From NCBI GenBank assembly GCA_943787795.1, contig CALSNU010000004.1, positions 160,001 through 224,000 on the forward strand: a stretch of DNA of 64,000 nucleotides, in the 5' to 3' direction. Shown piece after piece: positions 40,730 through 49,596 of the stretch; position 1 is the stretch's first letter, and each line of letters begins with the position of its first letter. Both the position numbers and the translations under genes were made by a program. Under the pieces are notes generated by a model. It saw nothing but the letters and a program-made list of their open reading frames with translations. It ran no database searches and was not told where the DNA came from. The DNA is from an uncultured bacterium. GTDB lineage: Bacteria > Planctomycetota > UBA1135 > GCA-002686595.

Positions 40730-42130
40730 TCAGACCGTCCGCCTCGGTCCGCTGAGGCTCTGCTCGATCTCTGCCCGGCGCGCCTCGTAGCCGCTGCGCC
40801 CCATCAACGCGTAGGCCGCCACCTTGCCGGCCTCGACGCCAGGCTGATCGAAGGCGTCCACGCCGTAGTGCTCGCCCATCACGGCGACGGCGAGCTCCAT
40901 CAAGTAGAGATACTGCCCAACGTGGTGCGCCGTGACCGCGGGGAACGAGACCGTGACGTTCGGCCTCTGCGCCTCGGTCAGGGCGATGCGGGTTCCATCA
41001 CGCTCGGCGGCGAAGAGCTCGTTCATCGTGCGGCCGCCCAGGTAAGCGAGCGCGTCCTGCTCCTGGAAGGCCGCGGGGATCTCGACGGTGTGGTCCGGCC
41101 GATCGACGGAGAGGAGCGTGAACCACTTGTCGTGCGGTCCCTCCACGTACAGCTGGACCTGGCTGTGTTGATCCGTGACGCCAATGGCGGAGACGGGCGT
41201 CGGGCCCGCGAAGACCTCCTCCCCATCCCTGGAGAGCCGCTTGCCAATCGACTCCGCCAGGAGCTGCGCGTACCAGTCCCCCACGCAGGCGAGCCGCTGG
41301 CTGTAGGAGAAGGTCACCGACATCGGGTTCCCCTTCTCCTGCTGCATCAGGTACTGGATCGCGGCGTAGATGAGCGCCGGGTTCTCCATGAGCGGAGCCT
41401 CCTTGCAGCGCTCGTCCATGTCCGCCGCGCCGGCCAGGAGGCCGGGCACGTCGATGCCAATCAGCGCGCTGGAGACCAGCCCCACCGGAGACAGCACGCT
41501 GAAGCGGCCCCCCACCCCATCGGGCACGATGAAGGACCGGTATCCCTCGGACTCGACGATCGGGCGCAGGACCCCCTTCTCGGCGTCGGTGGTCACCACC
41601 ATGTGACGGCGGTGCCCCTCTTCCCCAAGCGCCTGGATCAACCGATCACGGAGCACCAGGAACTGGCTCATGGTCTCCGCCGTGGACCCAGACTTGGAGA
41701 TCACGTTGAAGAGGCAGGTCGTGGGGTCGACGGTGTCGAGGAACTCGCCGACCAGATCGGGGTCCACGTTGTCGAGGACGTAGAGCCGGGGCATCCCCGC
41801 CGGCGGCTGAATGTCGTGGAAGGGGCTGGAGAGCGCCCGGTGCAGGGCCCGGTTGCCCAGGGCCGAGCCGCCGATGCCGAGGACGACCACGTTCTCGAAC
41901 TGCCCCTGCACGGAGGCCGCGTAGTCCATCACGTCCTGCTGGACCTCGGCCTGGTGCGGCAGGTCCAGCCACCGGAGGTCCCGACCGCGACGGGCCTGGA
42001 CCGAGGCGAGCGCAGCGGCGGAGCGCTCGGAGAGAGCCTCGATGGACGAGAGTTCGAGGCCGTGCTCGGCGCCGATGGCGTCGGAGAGGACGTTGGTGTA
42101 GTCGAGAGTGAGGCGGTCCAAGGGGGTCAC
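40730..42130 (-). CDS. pgi: Glucose-6-phosphate isomerase
   Basis: VVLGIGGSALG, VISKSGSTAET, VGGRFSVLS, QLLAESIGK, DQHSQVQL, FDQPGVEAGK. GTG start at 42130 inferred. Confidence 0.93.
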   Translation of the reverse strand: MTPLDRLTLDYTNVLSDAIGAEHGLELSSIEALSERSAAALASVQARRGRDLRWLDLPHQAEVQQDVMDYAASVQGQFENVVVLGIGGSALGNRALHRALSSPFHDIQPPAGMPRLYVLDNVDPDLVGEFLDTVDPTTCLFNVISKSGSTAETMSQFLVLRDRLIQALGEEGHRRHMVVTTDAEKGVLRPIVESEGYRSFIVPDGVGGRFSVLSPVGLVSSALIGIDVPGLLAGAADMDERCKEAPLMENPALIYAAIQYLMQQEKGNPMSVTFSYSQRLACVGDWYAQLLAESIGKRLSRDGEEVFAGPTPVSAIGVTDQHSQVQLYVEGPHDKWFTLLSVDRPDHTVEIPAAFQEQDALAYLGGRTMNELFAAERDGTRIALTEAQRPNVTVSFPAVTAHHVGQYLYLMELAVAVMGEHYGVDAFDQPGVEAGKVAAYALMGRSGYEARRAEIEQSLSGPRRTV

Positions 42131-42276
42131 CTGGGGGCTGAGCGGCGGGGAGTGAGCCCGAGAGGGTACCCGCGCGCCGCGCGCCGGGGGAGCCCTGGCC
42201 GCGTCGAGGGCCTCGAGGCGCGAGGCGCCCTCCACCACGTGCCCTCAGGGCGCCTCCTGGACGCCCTTGAGGCGCC

Positions 42277-42978
42277 TCAGCCGTCCCTTTGGGATCCGAG
42301 AAGGAGCGACGCGTAGTACATGAGCGTCGCCACCGCGGTGATCGCTCCCGCCACGTACGTCATGGCCGCCGCGCCGAGGACCCGGTCGACCCCGTGGCGC
42401 TCCGCGTCGGTGCGGGCGATACCGGCCTCTGCCAGCACGAGCTTGGCGCGATTGGAAGCATCAAACTCCACCGGCAAGGTCACCAGCTGGAACAGGACGG
42501 TCACCGAGAGCAGCCCGATCCCAACCAGCATCAAGAGGCCGCCAAGGGGGGTCGCCTGCATGAAGAGGCCGATGAGGATCGGCAGGATCCAGAAGCGGGA
42601 GCCGAACTGCACGGCGGGAACCAGAGCGCTCCTCATGCCCAGCCATGGATACCCCTTGGCGTCCTGGATCGCGTGTCCAGCTTCGTGGGCTCCCACCGCG
42701 ATGGCGGACACGGAACGGCCGTCGTAGACCTCGGGGGAGAGCCTCAGCGTCTTGGTCCGAGGGTCGTAGTGGTCCGAGAGGAAGCCGCCCACCCGCTCGA
42801 TGGTCACCACGGCGCCCCCCGCCCGTGCCACTGCGGCCGCGGCCTGAGCGCCGGACATCCCGCTACTCACGCCGACCTGGGCGTACTGGGCGAAGGTGGA
42901 CTTGACCCTCGAGCTGGCCCAGAAGCCAAGCAGCAGGCACGGACCGAGGAAGAGCCAGTAGGTGGGATCGAAGAACAT
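42277..42978 (-). CDS. Membrane zinc metallopeptidase (YugP / Zn_peptidase_2 family)
   Basis: LSDHYDP, AHEAGHAIQ, TLPVEFDASNRA, AAAMTYVA. Confidence 0.9.
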   Translation of the reverse strand: MFFDPTYWLFLGPCLLLGFWASSRVKSTFAQYAQVGVSSGMSGAQAAAAVARAGGAVVTIERVGGFLSDHYDPRTKTLRLSPEVYDGRSVSAIAVGAHEAGHAIQDAKGYPWLGMRSALVPAVQFGSRFWILPILIGLFMQATPLGGLLMLVGIGLLSVTVLFQLVTLPVEFDASNRAKLVLAEAGIARTDAERHGVDRVLGAAAMTYVAGAITAVATLMYYASLLLGSQRDG

Positions 42979-43096
42979 TGGTGGTGAGGGGAGCCGGCTC
43001 CCCGGGTCCCCTTATAGGTCGGAGCCCGGTTGGGATTCCAGCGGCGCAGACGAGAGGCGCCGCACGGCGCCGCGGAGGGCCTACAATCCAGCTCCA

Positions 43097-44263
43097 ATGC
43101 CTCTCCACTTCGACTGCAACGCCACCACGGCGGCCTCCGAGCCGGTGATCGAGGCCATGCTCCCCTGGCTCGGCCGCCCGGGCGCCAACCCGTCCGCGGC
43201 CCACGGGGCCGGACGAGAGGCTGCGCGTGCCATGCGGCGCGGCCGAGAGGCGGTGGCCGCCCTGATTGGCGCGAGGTCCCCGTCCTCTGTGGTCTTCACC
43301 TCGTGCGGTTCAGAGAGCACCTCGCTGGCCTTCCATAGCTCAACGGCGGCGAACCCGGGTCGCTCCAACGTCATCTCGACCGTGGAGCACAGCGCGACGC
43401 GCAAGTGTGCGGAGCGCGCGGGGCCCGTGGTCGAGGTCGCCGTCGATCGCGCGGGCGCCCTCGACCAAGGAGCGGCACTCGAGGCCATCGCCCGAGGCCC
43501 CGCCATGGTCTCGTTGATCCTCCTCAACAACGAGACCGGCGTGATCAGCGACCTGGGCCCCATCGGCGCCGCTTGCCGGCAGCACGGAGTGCTGTTCCAC
43601 GTGGACGCCGTGCAGGCGCCCGGAAAGATCGCCATCGACGTCGAGCAGCTGGGCTGTGACTACCTCAGCCTCTCGGCCCACAAGTTCCACGGGCCGCGCG
43701 GGATCGGCGCGCTCTACGTACGTGAAGGCGCGCCCGTCTCCCCGCTCCTGGCGGGCGGCCCCCAGGAGGATGGGCGCCGCGCCGGCACGGAGAACGTCCC
43801 GGGCATCGTCGGCATGGGAGTCGCCGCGGAGCGCGCCGCGGAGCTCGCGGCCTCCCCGGAGGCGCAGGCGGAGATCGCGGGACGACGGGACCTGCTCGAG
43901 CGCCTGGTCCTGGAGCGTTGCCCCGGGACCGTCGTACACGGTGACCCGGCCCGCCGCGCGGCCAACACCACCAACCTGGGCTTCGACCTCGACGGCACAG
44001 GGCTCGACGCCGCCGCGATGCTGGGCCTGCTCAATGCCCAGGGGATCGAGGTCAGCACGGGGTCGGCGTGCAACGCGACTCAGGCCGCGCCGTCGCCGGT
44101 CTTGCTCGCCATGGGTACCGGGGAGGCTCTCGCGGCGTCATCGCTCCGCTTCTCACTGGCTCACCGGGAGACACCCGACAGCTCGACGCAAGGTGAGATC
44201 GAGGTCGGCGCAGCAGCCGTCAGCGAGGCCTACGCGTCCCTCACGTTGCTCGCCACGGACTGA
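43097..44263 (+). CDS. iscS: Cysteine desulfurase (IscS/NifS type)
   Basis: FDCNATT, NPSA.H, VEH, NNETG, HVDAVQ, SAHKFHGP, STGSAC. ATG at 43097. Confidence 0.88.
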   Translation: MPLHFDCNATTAASEPVIEAMLPWLGRPGANPSAAHGAGREAARAMRRGREAVAALIGARSPSSVVFTSCGSESTSLAFHSSTAANPGRSNVISTVEHSATRKCAERAGPVVEVAVDRAGALDQGAALEAIARGPAMVSLILLNNETGVISDLGPIGAACRQHGVLFHVDAVQAPGKIAIDVEQLGCDYLSLSAHKFHGPRGIGALYVREGAPVSPLLAGGPQEDGRRAGTENVPGIVGMGVAAERAAELAASPEAQAEIAGRRDLLERLVLERCPGTVVHGDPARRAANTTNLGFDLDGTGLDAAAMLGLLNAQGIEVSTGSACNATQAAPSPVLLAMGTGEALAASSLRFSLAHRETPDSSTQGEIEVGAAAVSEAYASLTLLATD

Positions 44264-44357
44264 TCCGTCGGCCTTGAATACGAATCGGAAGACGGAATCC
44301 GATCGGAGTGACAAGCACGGGTACTCTTCCGACCGATAGCGCCTCTGGAGCTGGACC

Positions 44358-44903
44358 ATGCCCTCCCCCAAGAAGACCTATAAGACCACCGTTTCAGGCT
44401 TCCTTGCCCCGCGCCACGTCGTCAGCGACGAGGAGGGCAAGGAGGTGGGCACCCTGCAGGTGTCCCGGAATCGGATCGGGCTGATCGTGGGCGCTACCTG
44501 GCGCCCGCTGAAAGGGGAGGTCGTCGAGATCCGACGGGACCCCGGCCTGCTCCGCGCCCAGTTCGCCTGCTGGACTGAGGCACGCGAGTGGCTTGGCTCC
44601 ACGATCCGTCCAGGATTCATGCGGCGGACGATCGAGATGTGGACCGGGGGCAAGCCGCTGCGGCTGGTCCCCACCCTCGGCCTAGGCCGCGGATGGCGCG
44701 TCGTGGGCACCAAGTCCGGCCTGGTGGCCGAGGCGAAGCACGGCCTCCTGAGCCGCAGCGCCACCCTCTGCACGTATCGCAAGATCGATCTGGAACTGCT
44801 GATCTTCGCCTACTTCATCGGCGGGATCGCGCTCTGGGAGAGCGCCCTCCCCACCTCGCTCGAGTCCGTCGACCGGGCAGCTCCGGCCACCGCGCGGGGC
44901 TGA
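44358..44903 (+). CDS. Hypothetical protein
   Basis: 181-aa ORF with a GGAG ribosome-binding site, protein-like composition, no conflict with neighbours. Confidence 0.65.
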   Translation: MPSPKKTYKTTVSGFLAPRHVVSDEEGKEVGTLQVSRNRIGLIVGATWRPLKGEVVEIRRDPGLLRAQFACWTEAREWLGSTIRPGFMRRTIEMWTGGKPLRLVPTLGLGRGWRVVGTKSGLVAEAKHGLLSRSATLCTYRKIDLELLIFAYFIGGIALWESALPTSLESVDRAAPATARG

Positions 44904-45528
44904 TCCGGTCGCGAGAGCGAGGATTGACGGGCCGCGGCAGCCCGCTGGATCGCATTACTGAAGCCCTCACTGGCCTCCGATTGAGGTCCGCCGCCGCGCC
45001 CGCTGCAGGCCCCCTCGCCAGGACCTCGGCCGGCCCCGCCATCCCGGCCCCACGCTCGTCTGGCCAGACCGAGTCCAAACGGGCTCGACCTGGCCCCCGC
45101 GCTCCACGGGGCCTCTGCGGCGCAGGGCTTCCTGCGGCGCCGTGACGCCGCGTTGCGCCACCATCGAGCCCCGCGTCCGGGCCCCAGCGGCCCCCCCATG
45201 GCCCCCACCGAGCCTCCCAAGCGGCCTCCGCCGGGTCCTCCGCCGGGTCCTCCGCCGGGTCCTCCCGGGGAATGAGACCCTAGGAAGCTGGATGTGACCC
45301 AGAAAATGTCGCCCGTCCCTCGCCTGCCGATCTCATCTGCGAGGGGCCAGATGGCCGATAGGTGCGCCAGAGGCTGATCCGGCCCACAACGCACCCCCGC
45401 CCACTGACGACGTCCCACGAACATTCTTCGGGGACGGGGGAAGAACCCCCGCAGCCCAGCGTCGATCCCCTCCAGGGCCGGGCTCACGGGCACAGCCCCC
45501 GGCCACCCACTCCCTCCGACCCGCTCCC

Positions 45529-47520
45529 ATGAAGTTTCTCATCGCTCTCATCGTCCTCGCGCTTCTCGCTGTGGGCGTGTTCTTGACCGTCACCCCCGTG
45601 GCCACCGAGCCCACGGAAGGCGGCACGGCCAGCAGCTATGTCGTCGAGCAGAACACCTCGTCGGGCCAGGACGAGGCCTCCGACGGCCTCGTTGGCGTTG
45701 GAGGGGCGGGCAACCGCGAGGTCGGCGACGTCGGAACGGTGAGCGCCTCGCTCGCCAGCGAAGGCCTCGCCGCCGTGGCTCTGGGCACCGGCATCCTCCG
45801 CGGGTCGGTCGTCGACCCTGAGGGCAAGCCGCTCGCCGGCGCCGAGGTCACGCTCACTCGTTTTGGCTCGGAGTCGTTCTTCCTGACCGATCCTGACCCC
45901 TCGAACGACCTCAAGACGCTGACCGGAGCCGGCGGGAAGTTCGAGTTCGACGGCGTCCCGGTCTTCGGCGACTACGCCCTCATCGCTCGGATGGAGACAT
46001 TCACTCGGACCGAGGTCCCGTCCATCGTGGTCCAGGATGGCAGCGTCACCGAGGTCCCCCCCATCAAGCTGGGCACCGGAGTGCTGGTGCGCGGTCGGGT
46101 CACCGACTCCGGGGGCAACTTCGTCGCCGGCGCCAAGCTCGTCCTCTCGCAGAGCGTCTTCAACGTGCGGCGCGCCGCAGACGCAGGCCCCCGCGATGGC
46201 GCCATGGAGGTCGAGTCCGACGAGGAAGGGCTGTACAAGTTCAGCAACGTCGCGCCGGGCCAGAACTACTCCATGCGCGTGGCCGCTGACGGCTACGGCT
46301 CGATCATCAAGCTCGGGATCCCCGTCCTGGACGGTGAGGACACCGAGCGTGACTTTGTCCTCGAAGTGGCCTCGCTCATCGCGGGCATGGTGGTCGCCGC
46401 CGATACCGGTGAGCCGATCCCCGGGGTGACGGTCGAGGCGTACTCGGTCAACAACGTCGAGGCCCGCTCGGCCACGTCTGCGACGTCGACCGAGACCGGT
46501 GACTTCGAGATTGGGGACATCAACCCCGGGCCGTACCAGCTCGTCGCGCGCCACCCGCGATACAAGGCCGAGGCTCGGACTCGAGTGGACTCCGGCGAGA
46601 TGGACGTGTCCATCGCGCTCCAGCCCCTGCCGGTTGTCTCTGGCCAGGTCCTGGACCTCTCCAGCGGGAAGGCCGTGAACAGCTTCGAGGTGCAGCTGCG
46701 CCAGTCCATCGCCAACAGCGAGGGCCTCTCGTCGGCCGTACCGGGCACGCGCGCGCGCTTCCAAGATACAGGCGGCCAGTTCGAGATCCTCGTCCCGAAG
46801 GCGGGCGAGTACATGGTCGAGGCCATCGCCTCTGGTTACGCCGAGACCAACTCGGAGCCGTTCCAGGTGCAGCCGGCGACGAACTTCTCTGGCGTTGTCG
46901 TTCGGATGACCCGTGGCGGGACCATCGTCGGCAGGGTGCTTGGGGATGGCGGTCAGCCGCTGCAAGGTGCGGTCATCGAGACCCGCGACAAGGAGTGGTC
47001 CGACGACCTCTTCTGGCAATCGCTGGGGGCAGCAGCCCCTGGGAACGCCACGGAGACGACGGCGAAGAGCGGCGCGGACGGCACCTTCAGCGTCGCGGCG
47101 CTGACGCCTGCCAACTACCAGCTCGTCGTCCGGCATCGTGATTACGCGGTCAAGTATGTGAAGGACTTGATCGTCGCCGAGGGGCAGGAGTTCAAGGCCG
47201 CGGACATCCAACTGGCCAAGGGCGCTGTGGTCTCCGGCATGGTCCTGGGCGCGGGCGGATCGCCGATGGCGGGCGCTATCGTCAAGATGTACCCCACCTC
47301 CGCGGGCGGCAGTCAGCACTCGGCATCCACCAACCCGCAGGGCGGCTTCTCCGTGAAGAACATCCGCGCTGGCTCCTACAAGATCCACGCGACGCGGGCA
47401 CGAAAGGGCGGCGAGAGCCCGTTCCAGGAGAACAGCGACCTCAAGCGCACCCAGCGGACCATCACCGTGCAGGACGGGCAGGTCCTGTCTGGGCTGGACT
47501 TCAAGCTCGCTGATCGCTGA
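45529..47520 (+). CDS. Membrane-anchored protein with repeated carboxypeptidase-regulatory-like beta-sandwich domains
   Basis: N-terminal TM helix. Six or so repeats of the GxVxDxxGxPxxGAxV...GxF...PGxY pattern. Confidence 0.85.
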   Translation: MKFLIALIVLALLAVGVFLTVTPVATEPTEGGTASSYVVEQNTSSGQDEASDGLVGVGGAGNREVGDVGTVSASLASEGLAAVALGTGILRGSVVDPEGKPLAGAEVTLTRFGSESFFLTDPDPSNDLKTLTGAGGKFEFDGVPVFGDYALIARMETFTRTEVPSIVVQDGSVTEVPPIKLGTGVLVRGRVTDSGGNFVAGAKLVLSQSVFNVRRAADAGPRDGAMEVESDEEGLYKFSNVAPGQNYSMRVAADGYGSIIKLGIPVLDGEDTERDFVLEVASLIAGMVVAADTGEPIPGVTVEAYSVNNVEARSATSATSTETGDFEIGDINPGPYQLVARHPRYKAEARTRVDSGEMDVSIALQPLPVVSGQVLDLSSGKAVNSFEVQLRQSIANSEGLSSAVPGTRARFQDTGGQFEILVPKAGEYMVEAIASGYAETNSEPFQVQPATNFSGVVVRMTRGGTIVGRVLGDGGQPLQGAVIETRDKEWSDDLFWQSLGAAAPGNATETTAKSGADGTFSVAALTPANYQLVVRHRDYAVKYVKDLIVAEGQEFKAADIQLAKGAVVSGMVLGAGGSPMAGAIVKMYPTSAGGSQHSASTNPQGGFSVKNIRAGSYKIHATRARKGGESPFQENSDLKRTQRTITVQDGQVLSGLDFKLADR

Positions 47521-47583
47521 TCGCTGATCGCCGCAGATCGAGCCCCGTCCGATCCACCGAGGATCCGGGAGGGGGCACGCTCC

Positions 47584-47623
47584 GGGAGGCCCCCCAGCGC
47601 TCTTTCGCGCCGGGGGGCCTCCC
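47584..47623 (+). terminator. Stem-loop downstream of 45529..47520
   Basis: GGGAGGCCCCCC ... GGGGGGCCTCCC 12-bp stem with a weak T tract. Confidence 0.5.
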
Positions 47624-47697
47624 CCATTTGGCCGGATGGGCCAGAGGGGAGGGCCATCGGGGATGCAAGGTGCCAACGGTCCTGCTTCAATAGCGGG

Positions 47698-48609
47698 ATG
47701 CCCGCCGACCGAGGGACCCGATCACGTCGAACGCCGCAGCCTCGCCCCAGCGCGCGGATCGCGGAGCCCGGGTCGTCGCCCCCCGACGCGACGTGCCAGT
47801 GGTCGGAGGAGGACTGGTCTCGGTTCTTGACGGACCGCTTCGAGCTCCCCATCCAGGTCTCCTTTGGACGCTCCCGCTCCGCGCCGGTGCAGGCCCGCGC
47901 CTTCGAGACCCCGGACGGCCAGGCGGGCTGGCAGCTTCGCCTCCACAAGCTGTTCGCCGCTGCGCCTGAGGAGGTCCGGGACGCCCTCGCCAAGTGGCTC
48001 CGTGCCGGCCGAAGGGCGCGCAAGGCTGGACCTGTCCTCGACGAGTGGATCCACGCCGAGATCGCCAGCCTCCCCCGCCGCGCAGCGAAGGTCTCCATCA
48101 CTCCGGTGGGCGAGGCCCACGATCTCGAGCGGCTCGCCCTGCCCTTGATCGTCGGCGAGTTCGCGAATGACTTCCGCCCCAGGGGACCGCACGAGCGCCC
48201 GAGGATCACCTGGGGCCGCCGTGCCCGGAGCAAGTCACGCCGCTCCCTCCGGCTCGGGAGCTTCGAGCCTGAGAGCCGGGTGGTGCGCATTCACCCGGTC
48301 CTCGATCAGAAGGCCGTCCCAGCTTGGTTCGTCACCTTCGTCCTGAAGCACGAGCTGCTCCACTCGGTGACGCCCTCGTATCGCGACGCGGCGGGGCGTT
48401 GGGTCCACCACGGCCCCGAGTTCCAGGCCAGGGAGTCCGCCTGGCCCGAGTATCGCCCCGCCCTGCGCTGGGAGCGGCAGAACCTCCCGCGCCTGATTCG
48501 CTCGGCGCGGCTGGGAAGCGAGTTGCGCGTTCGACCCGCCGACCTCGCGCTGCCGCAGGAGCTCCTCGTGCAGCGCGACGGGATCAGGCAGCACGAGCTG
48601 CCCTTCTGA
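47698..48609 (+). CDS. SprT/YgjP-like zinc metalloprotease domain protein
   Basis: RLGSF..VRIHPVLD..VP..FVLKHELLH..HGPEF. Start uncertain. Confidence 0.7.
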   Translation: MPADRGTRSRRTPQPRPSARIAEPGSSPPDATCQWSEEDWSRFLTDRFELPIQVSFGRSRSAPVQARAFETPDGQAGWQLRLHKLFAAAPEEVRDALAKWLRAGRRARKAGPVLDEWIHAEIASLPRRAAKVSITPVGEAHDLERLALPLIVGEFANDFRPRGPHERPRITWGRRARSKSRRSLRLGSFEPESRVVRIHPVLDQKAVPAWFVTFVLKHELLHSVTPSYRDAAGRWVHHGPEFQARESAWPEYRPALRWERQNLPRLIRSARLGSELRVRPADLALPQELLVQRDGIRQHELPF

Positions 48610-48768
48610 GTCCGCTGCGGCACCGCGGCGCTTCGGGGCCGTATCAAGCTGAAGCTCACCGAGGGGACGCGGCCCACTCGCCCTCAGCGGCGACGGGCCA
48701 GGCCGAATGAGCCCAGGCCGAGTTGGCACAGGCCGAGTGGGCTCAGGCCGGACCGCACCCGCACCGGA

Positions 48769-49506
48769 TCACTTCGTGCGCTGGCCGTAGCCTTCCGCCG
48801 TGTCGGTGATGGCCGCGTCCGTGAGGCAGGTGCCGAGGATATTCCCGCCCAGAGCCTCGATGGTGTTGACCGTCTGCTCGACGTAGTGGCGCGGGGTGTA
48901 GCCGAGGCGAACGACCATGAGCACGCCGTCGGCAATCGCTCCCAACTGACTCGCGTCGGAGATGGTCAGGGCCTGCGGGGTGTCGATCAGCACGTAGCTG
49001 TAGCGCTGCCGGAGCGCGTTGAGCACGGTCTTCATGCGCTCCGAACCGATGAGCTCCGAGGAGTTCTTCGGGCGCGCCCCTGAGCTCATCACCGAGAGCC
49101 CCTTGACCGAGGTCTTGCGGATCGCCGCGCCGATGGCGAGGCTCCCGTTCAGGACCTCCGTCAGCCCCTGCCGGCGAGGGAGCTCGAGGTACCGCTCGAG
49201 GGACGGCTCATGGAGATCCGCGTCCACCACCAGGACCTGGATCCCGGGCAGCTCGCAGAGCGCCAGCGCGAGGTTGAGGCAGGCGACCGACTTGCCCTCG
49301 CCGCTCAGGGCGCTTGTCAGAACCAGGGTGTGCGAGGCACCGTCCGGGTTCATCGCGTGCACCGCGTTTCGGAGGGATCGAAACTGCTCGGCGACCTGGC
49401 TGCGAGGGTTGACGTGGACCGCCAGCTCCTCGCGGCGGATCGGGATCTCACGGGTCTCATCCGCCGGGGACGGCTCAAGCTGGTCGATGTCGTTGGTCGG
49501 GGCCAT
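48769..49506 (-). CDS. CpsD/CapB-family bacterial tyrosine kinase (stand-alone cytoplasmic domain)
   Basis: AEQFRSLR, Walker A GEGKS, A' VVDADL, Walker B LIDTP. Confidence 0.88.
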   Translation of the reverse strand: MAPTNDIDQLEPSPADETREIPIRREELAVHVNPRSQVAEQFRSLRNAVHAMNPDGASHTLVLTSALSGEGKSVACLNLALALCELPGIQVLVVDADLHEPSLERYLELPRRQGLTEVLNGSLAIGAAIRKTSVKGLSVMSSGARPKNSSELIGSERMKTVLNALRQRYSYVLIDTPQALTISDASQLGAIADGVLMVVRLGYTPRHYVEQTVNTIEALGGNILGTCLTDAAITDTAEGYGQRTK

Positions 49507-49596
49507 GGTGTACGCTCGTTTACTTGATCGACCTGGGTGACGGAAGCGCCGAAGCCGAAACAGCGGCGCCGGGGCGAATATCCGGATTTCCGGGGC

